Source of the DNA: an uncultured Gemmatimonadaceae bacterium
GTDB lineage: Bacteria; Gemmatimonadota; Gemmatimonadetes; Longimicrobiales; Gaopeijiaceae
Length of the DNA: 64,000 nt
Reading direction: 5' to 3'
Assembly: GCA_964532325.1 (NCBI GenBank)
Contig: CAZHGS010000013.1
Location: 3,396-67,395 of the forward strand
The notes under the pieces are model-generated. The model was not told where the DNA came from, made no database searches, and saw nothing but the letters and a program-made list of their open reading frames with translations. A program made the translations under genes and the position numbers. This document shows positions 18,146 through 26,677 of the stretch, piece after piece (within the stretch, counting starts at the first letter, position 1; each line of letters starts with the position of its first letter).

Positions 18146-19303
18146 TCAGGCGCCCCCGCCAGGAACTCCGCTCTCCGCCATGTGGCCATCCGGCGGCGGA
18201 GCTTCCTCGCCGGTCCGTCGCTCGGGAAAGAGCCGATAGAGGCCTGCGGGCGAAGCATCGCAGAGCCCTCGGTCGGTGATCAGCCCCGTGACAAGGCGCG
18301 CGGGAGTAACGTCAAACGCATGGTTCACGGCGGGGCTTCCTTCCGGGGTCAGGTGCACGATGACGGTCGAGCCGTCAGGCGCACGGCCCTCCATGTGCGT
18401 CACCTCCCTCTCCGGCCGCTTCTCGATCGGGATCGCCGACCCCGTCGTCTCTTCCCAGTCCACGCTCGAGTGCGGGAGTGCCACGTAGAAGGGCACGCCG
18501 GTGTCCTTCGCGGCAAGGGCCTTCAGGTACGTCCCTATCTTGTTGCACACATCACCCGAGATGAGCGTGCGGTCGGTCCCGGTGATGCAGAGGTCCACCT
18601 CTCCGCGCTGCATCAGGTGTCCACCTGCATTGTCGGGGATCACCGTATGCGGCACGCCATGCTGCGCCAGCTCCCATGCGGTGAGGCTCGCGCCCTGGTT
18701 GCGGGGCCGCGTCTCGTCGACCCACACATGCAGGTCGATTCCCTCGTCATGGCCCGCATAGATAGGCGCAAGGGCGGTCCCCCAATCGACGGTCGCAAGC
18801 CATCCCGCATTGCAGTGGGTGAGGACGTTCACGGGCCCGCTGCCGCGCTTCCCTGCCTCTGCTGCCCGGATGAGTCTGACCCCGTGCCGGCCGATCGCCT
18901 CGCACGCACGGACGTCAGCATCGCAGATCTCCGCCGCGGCTGCGTACAGAGCGTCCACTCTTTCCCGCACCGGGACTTCTCGCGCCAGGTCGCGGAGCTT
19001 GTCCAGGGCCCATCGGAGATTGATTGCCGTTGGACGCGCGGCGAGAAGTGCCTCTCTTCCGACATCCAGAGAGCGGTCAGAGGCATCCTCCCGGGCCCAG
19101 AGACAAAGTCCGTAGGCCGCCGTGGCCCCGATTAACGGGGCTCCACGCACCACCATCGTCCGGATCGCCTCTGCCGCGTCCCCGAGGGACGTCAGTCGGT
19201 GGACCACGAACTCGTGCGGAAGCCGCGTCTGGTCAATGACCTTGACCGACCACCCGTCGGCAGCCGTCCAGATCGACCGGTAGTGCCTTCCCCCTATCCT
19301 CAT
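18146..19303 (-). CDS. mtnA: S-methyl-5-thioribose-1-phosphate isomerase (eIF-2B family)
   Basis: IDQTRLPHEF, VRGAPLIGATAAYG and GTDRTLISGDVCNKIGTY blocks. Start at ATG 19303 (MRIGGRHY). The track ORF extends 96 codons further with Arg-rich junk. Confidence 0.85.
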   Translation of the reverse strand: MRIGGRHYRSIWTAADGWSVKVIDQTRLPHEFVVHRLTSLGDAAEAIRTMVVRGAPLIGATAAYGLCLWAREDASDRSLDVGREALLAARPTAINLRWALDKLRDLAREVPVRERVDALYAAAAEICDADVRACEAIGRHGVRLIRAAEAGKRGSGPVNVLTHCNAGWLATVDWGTALAPIYAGHDEGIDLHVWVDETRPRNQGASLTAWELAQHGVPHTVIPDNAGGHLMQRGEVDLCITGTDRTLISGDVCNKIGTYLKALAAKDTGVPFYVALPHSSVDWEETTGSAIPIEKRPEREVTHMEGRAPDGSTVIVHLTPEGSPAVNHAFDVTPARLVTGLITDRGLCDASPAGLYRLFPERRTGEEAPPPDGHMAESGVPGGGA

Positions 19304-19434
19304 GGCGCCGATCCCGTTCGGCGTCGCACCGCGGGAATCGCGGGCGCCGCAACCGGTCTTCCTAGCACGGAATCCTGATGCTCCCGTGCACAACATGCGC
19401 GGGGGCCGCGTGGTGTACGCCTGCCATCGGCCTG

Positions 19435-20169
19435 TCAGGCGAGCAGCTCGATCGTGACCGTGACGGGCACGTCCGCCTCGGGCAAGTCCACGGCGGGAAC
19501 GAAGCGGGTGACGCCGCGGACATGGTCCCGGATCGTGTACCGCTCGTTCGAAACCACGCCGCCCGGACAGCTGAACAGGCAGGCGATGCACCCGGAATCC
19601 CAGAGCGGATCGTGCTCCTCGTTGCCGCCGAACCGGAAGGCGACTCCCCGCCCGCCGGAGTCCCCCAGGAGCTCGGAGAGGTCACGTGGAGACTCCCATT
19701 CTTCCCACGCGGCCCGGATGCGGACCGGTGTGCCGGTCACGCGGGTGTCGGGAGCACGGACCAGAGGCAGGTGCCTGAGGTTCCATGCCGCCATCGGGAC
19801 CCCGCCCCCGTCCCGGGCACCGAGCTCCCTGAGCCTCCCGGCCACCTCAAGATCCGACACCGGAGTCGTGAGGAGGGCCTTCGCCGCAGCGCCGCCGCCC
19901 TCGTGCACGAGCGCGTGATAACCTGCGTCTTCCCCGGAAGCGGACCCGAACGACCGGGCCCGGAGCGTGGCCGGAAGCTCCAGGTACCGGACCGGGTCCG
20001 GGGAGAGGGCGCGGAAAGATCTCGGAAGAAGACCGCCGGCGACTGCCATCCCGAGCAGTGACCCGCGGAGAAAGTTCCGTCGGTCGAGCGGGTGCGGTGC
20101 CGGTGCGTATCCGGGGCCGGCAGAGGAGTCGACGCCAGCTTTCCTGATGTAGCGGGAAGCCCGATTCAT
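19435..20169 (-). CDS. TAT-signal exported hypothetical protein
   Basis: RRNFLRGSLLGMAVAGG twin-arginine signal. ATGA overlap with the upstream cupin gene. Conserved-looking DSGCIACLFSCPGG block. Function unknown. Confidence 0.55.
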   Translation of the reverse strand: MNRASRYIRKAGVDSSAGPGYAPAPHPLDRRNFLRGSLLGMAVAGGLLPRSFRALSPDPVRYLELPATLRARSFGSASGEDAGYHALVHEGGGAAAKALLTTPVSDLEVAGRLRELGARDGGGVPMAAWNLRHLPLVRAPDTRVTGTPVRIRAAWEEWESPRDLSELLGDSGGRGVAFRFGGNEEHDPLWDSGCIACLFSCPGGVVSNERYTIRDHVRGVTRFVPAVDLPEADVPVTVTIELLA

Positions 20170-20705
20170 CTCCCGCCCGGGTCGATGCGGACAATCGTGT
20201 ATACAAGCGACTGCGGGATCTCGGCGAAATAGTGCGGCGTCCCTGCCGGAATGATGACCATGTCCCCGGCCACGAGTTCGCGGCTCACCGCTCCCTCCAT
20301 GCCCGTTCCCGTCATGCTGGGTCCGGATGTTCCCGGCCGGCGGGGCGCATCTCCACTACCCCGGGGTCTCGGATCGATCAGCCGCCCGCCCGTCACGATG
20401 GTGCCGGAACCCTCCAGAATCGTGTATACCTCCGTCACCTCGGTATGGATCGTTCCGGCAACCACGTCCGTGGCCGGGCCGCGAGAGACCACCGCAATGC
20501 CCACGTCGTAGTCACCCGCGTCGAGGGTGCGTATCGGCGTATCGATGATCCCGGGCGCGACCTCCGGAGTGGTCTCAAGGGTGTTCCGGATCTCCGCGGC
20601 CGTGACGTCCACCGCCGGGATCGACCCCGGGCTCACCTGCGTGACGAAGAGCAGGACTCCAAGCATGTTCTGCATGGACCGGTTCTCCCGATAAGGCGGT
20701 CTCAC
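20166..20705 (-). CDS. Cupin-fold protein with signal-like N-terminus
   Basis: GTIHTEVTEVYTILEGSGTIV and GDMVIIPAGTPHYF correspond to cupin motifs 1 and 2. Hydrophobic N-terminus MLGVLLFVTQVSPG. Confidence 0.6.
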   Translation of the reverse strand: MRPPYRENRSMQNMLGVLLFVTQVSPGSIPAVDVTAAEIRNTLETTPEVAPGIIDTPIRTLDAGDYDVGIAVVSRGPATDVVAGTIHTEVTEVYTILEGSGTIVTGGRLIDPRPRGSGDAPRRPGTSGPSMTGTGMEGAVSRELVAGDMVIIPAGTPHYFAEIPQSLVYTIVRIDPGGR

Positions 20706-20939
20706 GTGTCCGGTTCGGTCCCTCGCAGTATACGCGTGCAGAGGTCGTCCTGCCTCTCCGCCTACACCGTACGGCGGATCCCGAGCCGCCGGGACTTCCC
20801 CTGGCGCGGCCGTCCCGGCCGGGACGGTGGGGAGCAGGCAAGCGCGAGTCGCCCGGAGCCCTGGGAAGTGCGGGAGGCCCGGCGCAAACGTATCTTGCTT
20901 GATCCGGTCATACCCCGTTCACGGAAGGGAGCTTCTGCC

Positions 20940-21842
20940 ATGCGCGTAATTTCCAGACTCATGCTGCTACTCGCATTCGCGGCCGCCGGAACCCTTCAGG
21001 CCCAGGGATTCGACGACGTCGAGATCGAGACCCAGCGCCTTACCGACAACGTCTACATGCTGATCGGACAGGGCGGCAACATCGGTGTTTCCGCAGGCGA
21101 CGACGGCGTCTTCATCATTGACGACCAGTTCGCGCCTCTGACCGAGAAGATCGTCGCCGCCATCCGCCAGATCACCTCCGAGCCGGTCCGGTTCGTCTTC
21201 AACACCCACTGGCACGGCGACCATACAGGCGGCAACGAGAATCTGGGCGAGGCCGGTGCGCTGATCGTCGCCCACGACAACGTGCGTGAACGGATGAGCG
21301 TCGAGCAGGTACTCGAACGCATCGGACGGCCGGCGGCCACCGAGCCGGCCGCGCCTGACGGGGCCCTGCCGGTAGTGACCTTTGGCGGCGACGTGAGCTT
21401 CCACATCAACGACGACCTCCTGCACGCCTTTCACGTCGAGGCAGCACACACCGACGGAGACGCGATCGTACACTTCCAGCGAGCCAATGTCGTCCACATG
21501 GGGGACACATTCTTCCGGGACCGCTTCCCGTTCATCGACACAGCGACGGGGGGATCAATTGACGGGATGATCGCCGCAGCTGGTGCGGCGCTGGCTCTGA
21601 TGGATGCCGAAACGCAGGTCATCCCGGGCCACGGTCCCCTGTCCTCGCGGAACGACCTGACAGCGTACCGCGACGCACTGCGGACGATGCGGAACTCCGT
21701 CGCCGCGCTGAAGGAAGAGGGGCTTACCCTGGACGAGATCCAGGCGCGTCGTCCCATTCGCCGCCAAGCCGAGGCGTGGGGCCAGGACCGGGCGGCCGAA
21801 GACAACTTTGTCGCGACGATCCACGACGGCCTCTCGCCCTGA
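20940..21842 (+). CDS. MBL-fold metallo-hydrolase, secreted
   Basis: ATG 20940 (MRVISRLMLLLAFAAAGTLQAQ signal peptide). HWHGDHTGGN (HxHxDH) and downstream H/D ligands. The track ORF 20232..21842 has a spurious 236-codon extension antisense to the cupin gene. Confidence 0.85.
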   Translation: MRVISRLMLLLAFAAAGTLQAQGFDDVEIETQRLTDNVYMLIGQGGNIGVSAGDDGVFIIDDQFAPLTEKIVAAIRQITSEPVRFVFNTHWHGDHTGGNENLGEAGALIVAHDNVRERMSVEQVLERIGRPAATEPAAPDGALPVVTFGGDVSFHINDDLLHAFHVEAAHTDGDAIVHFQRANVVHMGDTFFRDRFPFIDTATGGSIDGMIAAAGAALALMDAETQVIPGHGPLSSRNDLTAYRDALRTMRNSVAALKEEGLTLDEIQARRPIRRQAEAWGQDRAAEDNFVATIHDGLSP

Positions 21843-22561
21843 GGGTCGTCGGAGTGGAGACCGCAACCTGCTGTCAGCCCGGCTGACCACCGGTTGAGCT
21901 GTCACGATCCAGCTGTCGCCGGCATCCCGGCACACTCCTGGGAGCACTTGGGGCAGCGACAAGGAGGCACCCGGCCGTAGTAGCCGGCGCTACGACACCG
22001 GCACCCGGGCTCGGAAACGCGTGACGCGGCTCTCGTCCCGGATGGAGCGGCTGCCCCGCTCCTTGGTGTGATCCGCCGACCTCCGGATCGCCTCCCTCTC
22101 TGCCACTGTGGGTGGGCCACCTGCCGGGTCAGGTATTCCTGAAGGGGGCAGAGGTTGTCGCGACCACCCGGGGAGGGAAGGACGGTGGCGATCAGACCGC
22201 CCAAGCGGCCCCCGACACTCAATCGGCACAACGGTTCGATCGCCGTTCACGCCGGATGCCCGCTCCGGCTTATAGGCTCACTTCCGACGCGCGGACGCGG
22301 CCCTCTCGTTACCTCCATCCCCTCCACGAGCGCTCCTCCAAGCACGATCACTTTGCAACTACTCGTTCCGTCGAGCCTCAATTCCGCACCGGAGTCGAGG
22401 CCTGCAGCCGCATCCGTTGGACGATGAGACGAACCGGCCGGTGCGGCCCATCGCGGGGATGTTCCCATCGCTCTCCTCACGGCACAACCGGAAACGAAGA
22501 GTGGCGAGACCACCATCGGCGGCCCCGCCACTCTGGCCCAAACTCCGGGGTGGCTCCGATG

Positions 22562-23485
22562 CTACATCGAGCAGCTGCTCCCCGACCGTTCGCCGCGCAC
22601 CCACGCCGCGAGCATCTGCCACTCTGGGTCGTCGCGCGTCTGCCACCGCCGGACCCCGTTATGCGTATACGAGCCGCCGCCGTCGGGATGGAGGGGCTTG
22701 AGAAGCCACCGGCTCTCCTCGGGGTTGCCCGGCAGGACCAAGCGCGAGATCACATCGAACCCGCGCTGCGCCTCTGCGTCACTCCACGAGGTGCCATTTG
22801 CGGGCCGCGGAGCAAACCCGATTGTCCCACCGCTGTGGCACGCCGCGCAGGGCAACTGCCCGGGTCGCGGATTCCCCATGACCACTTCCTGAACGCATGC
22901 CCGGTAGAACTCGAAGTCGAGTGTCGGCTCCGGCGGAGGCGTAAAGTCGGTTGCGGGCAGCAACTCGATCCACTCGAGAATCGCCTGATACTCGGGGTCA
23001 TCCGTGGAATTCCAGTAGTTTCCGCCCGTGTGGCCCTCCCCACCCGCATCAGTGGACAGGGGCTTCAGCAGGAGCTTGCTGCTAGCGGGGTCGGAAGCGT
23101 TGACCAGCTGCGTAACCACCTCGTAGTTCCGCATCGACTGTTCATCCGTCCAGCTCCAACTCCCGCCGATCTCCGTCATGTCCTCGAGGGCGAAGCGCAG
23201 GCTCGTCTGCCACACATGACACATCACGCATGCAGCGGTCGGTTCCCCCTGGGGGTAACCCCGGGGCCGCACGAAGATCGGCTCGACGTTCTCACGGTAG
23301 ACATCGAAATCCAAACGCTCGGTGCCTACGTCAGTCTCGGCACCCGCCGGGCCACCTGAAACGGCCTCTCCCGGAGCTGCCAGTCCGATCGCAGCAAAGG
23401 CTCCGACACCAGCGGCCAGCACGACCGCTCCGAGCCACCCCGCGCTGCTCCCGGGACGTCTGTTCCTCGGGATCATCTTCCTCAC
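22562..23485 (-). CDS. Diheme c-type cytochrome-like protein with internal duplication
   Basis: N-terminal membrane anchor or signal. Two CxxCH motifs (CVMCH, CAACH), each followed by LL(L)KPL...GG..H.GG...W...DDPE(Y/W)Q.L..W. Confidence 0.7.
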   Translation of the reverse strand: MRKMIPRNRRPGSSAGWLGAVVLAAGVGAFAAIGLAAPGEAVSGGPAGAETDVGTERLDFDVYRENVEPIFVRPRGYPQGEPTAACVMCHVWQTSLRFALEDMTEIGGSWSWTDEQSMRNYEVVTQLVNASDPASSKLLLKPLSTDAGGEGHTGGNYWNSTDDPEYQAILEWIELLPATDFTPPPEPTLDFEFYRACVQEVVMGNPRPGQLPCAACHSGGTIGFAPRPANGTSWSDAEAQRGFDVISRLVLPGNPEESRWLLKPLHPDGGGSYTHNGVRRWQTRDDPEWQMLAAWVRGERSGSSCSM

Positions 23486-23504
23486 CTCCTCGCTGGATTC
23501 CGGA

Positions 23505-24611
23505 CTAACCGCCCGCCGTCGTGTTCACCCGGTCCGGCGGCAGGACGGCCGTGTCGATGCGGGCAGGACGGGCACCGGTCCTCATCTGCGCCACGATCTC
23601 AAGGCTCTCCAAGTCGATCGCGATCGTGTGGTCGGAGCCCGAGACCGCGACATACATGTATCGGCTGTCGGGCGTCGAGGTCATCCAGTTGGCCGTCGGC
23701 CCCACCTCCACCGCTCCGATGTACTCGAGGTCTGGGAGCGACCAGCCGTAGATCCGGCTGTCGAGCCGGCTCGACGCCCATACCGCCGACCTATCGGGAA
23801 GCACCTCCAACCCATGCATCGGCGCCCCCTGGTTGCCGTCCGCGTTCCTCATCCAAGCCGGCAGGTTCGGCGGAAAGAGAATCCTCTCCTTCGTCCGCGT
23901 TTCCCAGTCGATGACCCAGACGCCGTTCACGCCTCCTCCGTGCGCGAAGAGCTTGTCGGTAGACCCATCCTCCGCCGCCAAAAATGCCATCGGCCGCACG
24001 CGACGGTCTTCCCCGCGGTCGTCGATGAGAGTGATGGCATCAACGACCTCGTCGACATCGGGGTCGATGATCTCGATCGATCCCTCGTCACGCGCATTGA
24101 GGCCCGCCACCACCCACTCTCCGTCGGGGCTCACATACACGTTGTGGATCCCGGTCGACACCGGGATGCTCTTGAGCTTTGCATGCGTGTCCAGATCGAA
24201 GACATCGACAAACGGCGCGGCCGCGATTCCCACGTAGATCTTCCGGCGCTGCTTGTTGATCGCGCCCTTGTTGGGCCGGTCCGTGAGGGCAATCTGCTCG
24301 ACGAGCTCGAGGCTCCGCGTATCGAAGACGTCGAGGGTGTTGTCCGTCTCGTTCGTGCAGTAGAAGTAGAGCCCATCCGGGTGGGTGAAGACGTTGTGGG
24401 GCCGCGGGCACCCCTCGATCACTCCCACGACCTGATTGGTCATCGGATCGATGATGTGCTGGGTGTCTCCCGCATTGTTGCTCTGGAGAATGCGGACCAC
24501 GACCCCGTCGTAGGAATCGAGCCGGGTCACCTTCTGGGCGGAGAGGGGCGCTCCGAGAACGCCGAGTCCTGCGAACAGCAAGAAAAGTCGGGTGAGGCGC
24601 GGCCAGCTCAT
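23505..24611 (-). CDS. YVTN/YNCE-like beta-propeller repeat protein, secreted
   Basis: Signal peptide. Repeated ...H.V..SPDG....V.... units (HNVFTHPDGLYFY, HNVYVSPDGEWVV, MTSTPDSRYMYVA). Confidence 0.75.
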   Translation of the reverse strand: MSWPRLTRLFLLFAGLGVLGAPLSAQKVTRLDSYDGVVVRILQSNNAGDTQHIIDPMTNQVVGVIEGCPRPHNVFTHPDGLYFYCTNETDNTLDVFDTRSLELVEQIALTDRPNKGAINKQRRKIYVGIAAAPFVDVFDLDTHAKLKSIPVSTGIHNVYVSPDGEWVVAGLNARDEGSIEIIDPDVDEVVDAITLIDDRGEDRRVRPMAFLAAEDGSTDKLFAHGGGVNGVWVIDWETRTKERILFPPNLPAWMRNADGNQGAPMHGLEVLPDRSAVWASSRLDSRIYGWSLPDLEYIGAVEVGPTANWMTSTPDSRYMYVAVSGSDHTIAIDLESLEIVAQMRTGARPARIDTAVLPPDRVNTTAGG

Positions 24612-25015
24612 CGTTGTCCTCCGGGTTGGAATGCGTACGCGTACTCACGTTTCGCACCCCCATATTGGTCCAATCGGGGCTCCCACCGCAAGCCGTGGAC
24701 CGGAGCCCGGCGGGAAGCCGGGGGGCGGCAGCCCCCCTCGCGCGATGGTCTGGATGCCACTCGCGGTCCGTGCCAGGACCAGCCCACAACCTGCGCCGGC
24801 GACGACCGTTTCCGGAACACGGTTGGAATGCCCGCACCGGAGCCGCCACACATTCATGGGCGGCGGCCAGTTGGAGACTGCCGCGCGACAGCATGCGGAT
24901 GGGCACGGGATGCGAACGCAGCGTGTGAACGAACCGGCCAGCGTGGCGTACAGCAACTGGTCGCTCCGAAGCAGTCATGTCGATCCGGCTCCGGCCGGCC
25001 GGGAGGAGTATGGGG

Positions 25016-26551
25016 ATGCGCAGTCCGATCCTGATTGCAGCCATGGCCTCGCTGGTACACGGATATGCGGGCGCAATGCCCCGGCAGATCACCGAGAATC
25101 CGCTCCCCGCGCCGGTGGAGAAGCTCGGCCTCGAAGTCGAGGTGCGGGATCTCGTCCGGCTGCCCGAGACTCGCGGAGTCCGGCCTCCCGAGCTGGACGT
25201 GCGTCCCCCCGGCTGGGCCCGCGTAAGCTATGTCCGCGACCTTCCTGACGGCAGGCGGTTCGTCAACGACTCCCGCGGATTCCTCTACCGGCTCGAGGAT
25301 AGCGAGCCGCCCGGCCTCTATCTCAACTTCGCGGAGGTCTTTCCCTACACGGTCTACAACAGGCTGCTCAGCGGATTCGTCGGCTTCGACTTCCACCCGG
25401 AATTCGAAGACAACGGGCTGTTCTACACGGTGCATGGAGAGTATGCGCAGGACAATCCGGCCACGCCCGACTTTATCCCTCCCGGCTTCTCCCCCAGAGA
25501 CGTGACGTTCCACAATGTCGTCACCGAGTGGCGGGCCCGCGATCCCTCAGCCGACCGATTCGCCGGAACCCGGCGTGTGCTTCTCCGCGTCGCGCACGTG
25601 GTGGAAACGCTCACCCACCCGCTCGGCCACGCGGCCTTCAACCCGACCGCAACCCCCCGCGATGACGACTACGGGCTCCTCTACATCGGGGGCACCGACC
25701 TCGGATTCAGCAATGGAGCGGGCCCGAACGCAAACAATCCGGGCCAGCTCCAGCGCCTTGACAGCCTTGTCGGCGCAATACTGCGCATCGATCCCCGTAG
25801 CCCGTCGGTCTCGGGAGGTGAGATGGGGGTCGGGGACTACACGATCCCCCCCGCGAACGCCTTCGCCTCCGACGGGAACGCGGAGACGCTTGGCGAGATC
25901 TACGCCCATGGCTTCCGCAACGCGCACAGGCTCTCCTGGGATCTCACCGACGGAACGATGTACGCCTCCGACATCGGGATGAACCACATCGAAGAGATCA
26001 ACATCGTCCGCAATGGGGAGAACTACGGGTGGATGGCACGCGAGGGATTCTTCGAGAACGGCGTGGGCCGTCCCGGAGGCGCGCTGAACGAACTCTACCC
26101 GCTCCCCCGTGAGGTGCTCTCGGGAGAGGTCGGAGACGCGTTCACCTACCCGGTGGCGGTCTACGACCACGACGAGGGCCGTGCCGTATCGGGCGGCTTC
26201 GCCTACCACGGCCGTATTGAGGTGCTCAGAGGAAAATTCGTCTTCGGGGACCTAAACAACGGGAGGCTCTTCGCGGCCGACCTCGAAGCGATGAAGGAAG
26301 CCGACGACGGCGTTCCGGAGACCGCGGCCCCGGTCGAAGAGATCCAGCTCTACATCCGCGACGGGAGCGGCACTCGCGAGGACATCTCGTTCGCGGAGCT
26401 CGTCGAACGGGCGAACGGAGCCCCCGTGTCGCGCGCAGACCTCCACATTAGTCGCGGCCGCGACGGTGAGCTCTTTCTCACTTCGCGGCAGGACGGGATG
26501 GTCCGGATGCTCGTGCCGGATTCGGGTGGGGCGACCGCCGGCCGGCGCTGA
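25016..26551 (+). CDS. PQQ-dependent sugar dehydrogenase (soluble glucose/sorbosone dehydrogenase family)
   Basis: GGGAGGAG precedes ATG 25016 by about 7 nt. Signal peptide. YAHGFRNAHRLSWD and IVRNGENYGWMAREG match GSDH family blocks. Confidence 0.8.
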   Translation: MRSPILIAAMASLVHGYAGAMPRQITENPLPAPVEKLGLEVEVRDLVRLPETRGVRPPELDVRPPGWARVSYVRDLPDGRRFVNDSRGFLYRLEDSEPPGLYLNFAEVFPYTVYNRLLSGFVGFDFHPEFEDNGLFYTVHGEYAQDNPATPDFIPPGFSPRDVTFHNVVTEWRARDPSADRFAGTRRVLLRVAHVVETLTHPLGHAAFNPTATPRDDDYGLLYIGGTDLGFSNGAGPNANNPGQLQRLDSLVGAILRIDPRSPSVSGGEMGVGDYTIPPANAFASDGNAETLGEIYAHGFRNAHRLSWDLTDGTMYASDIGMNHIEEINIVRNGENYGWMAREGFFENGVGRPGGALNELYPLPREVLSGEVGDAFTYPVAVYDHDEGRAVSGGFAYHGRIEVLRGKFVFGDLNNGRLFAADLEAMKEADDGVPETAAPVEEIQLYIRDGSGTREDISFAELVERANGAPVSRADLHISRGRDGELFLTSRQDGMVRMLVPDSGGATAGRR

Positions 26552-26580
26552 ACCTACACCTCCCGGAGCCCCCACGGGGA

Positions 26581-26614
26581 GGGGGCCGGAGGTGCGTGAC
26601 AACCTCCGGCCCCC
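26581..26614. terminator. Perfect 13-bp hairpin in convergent gap
   Basis: GGGGGCCGGAGGT (26581-26593), 8-nt loop, ACCTCCGGCCCCC (26602-26614). A second 7-bp hairpin GCGGGGC/GCCCCGC lies at 26642-26659. No U-tract. Confidence 0.55.
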
Positions 26615-26677
26615 TCCCCCCCGGACCGCGCCGCGCGGCCAGCGGGGCTTACGCCCCGCCCCTCGGGGATGCCGGGG

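Noticed and set aside
18146-19591. N-terminal extensions offered by the ORF track, here 96 extra codons on mtnA. The same applies to 1138..1410, 15196..15309, 20232..20939, 35591..35803, 38473..39084, 38495..39007, 41663..42649, 47661..48125, 58314..59150 and 62861..63247.
   Set aside because: The extensions are Arg-rich, overlap upstream genes and precede a Met/Val start that matches the family N-terminus, a signal peptide, an RBS or a 4-nt stop/start overlap.
20166-20705. Cupin next to mtnA as acireductone dioxygenase (MtnD) of the methionine salvage pathway.
   Set aside because: It lacks the HxH...E metal motif of ARD (only one His in motif 1). It has a signal-like N-terminus, and an unrelated TAT protein lies between it and mtnA.
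22126-22156. GGTCAGGTATTCCTGAAGGGGGCAGAGG, which superficially resembles the SRP RNA domain IV core (GUCAGGUCCGGAAGGAAGCAGC).
   Set aside because: The flanks do not pair into the required helix and there is no GNRA tetraloop closing stem.
22233-22273. T-loop-like GGTTCGATC and RNase P-like CCGGCTTAT strings in the unassigned gap.
   Set aside because: No cloverleaf can be drawn around the T-loop-like string (the stem would need an 8-nt loop). No GGAAAGTCC P4 element or other RNase P or tmRNA hallmarks are nearby.
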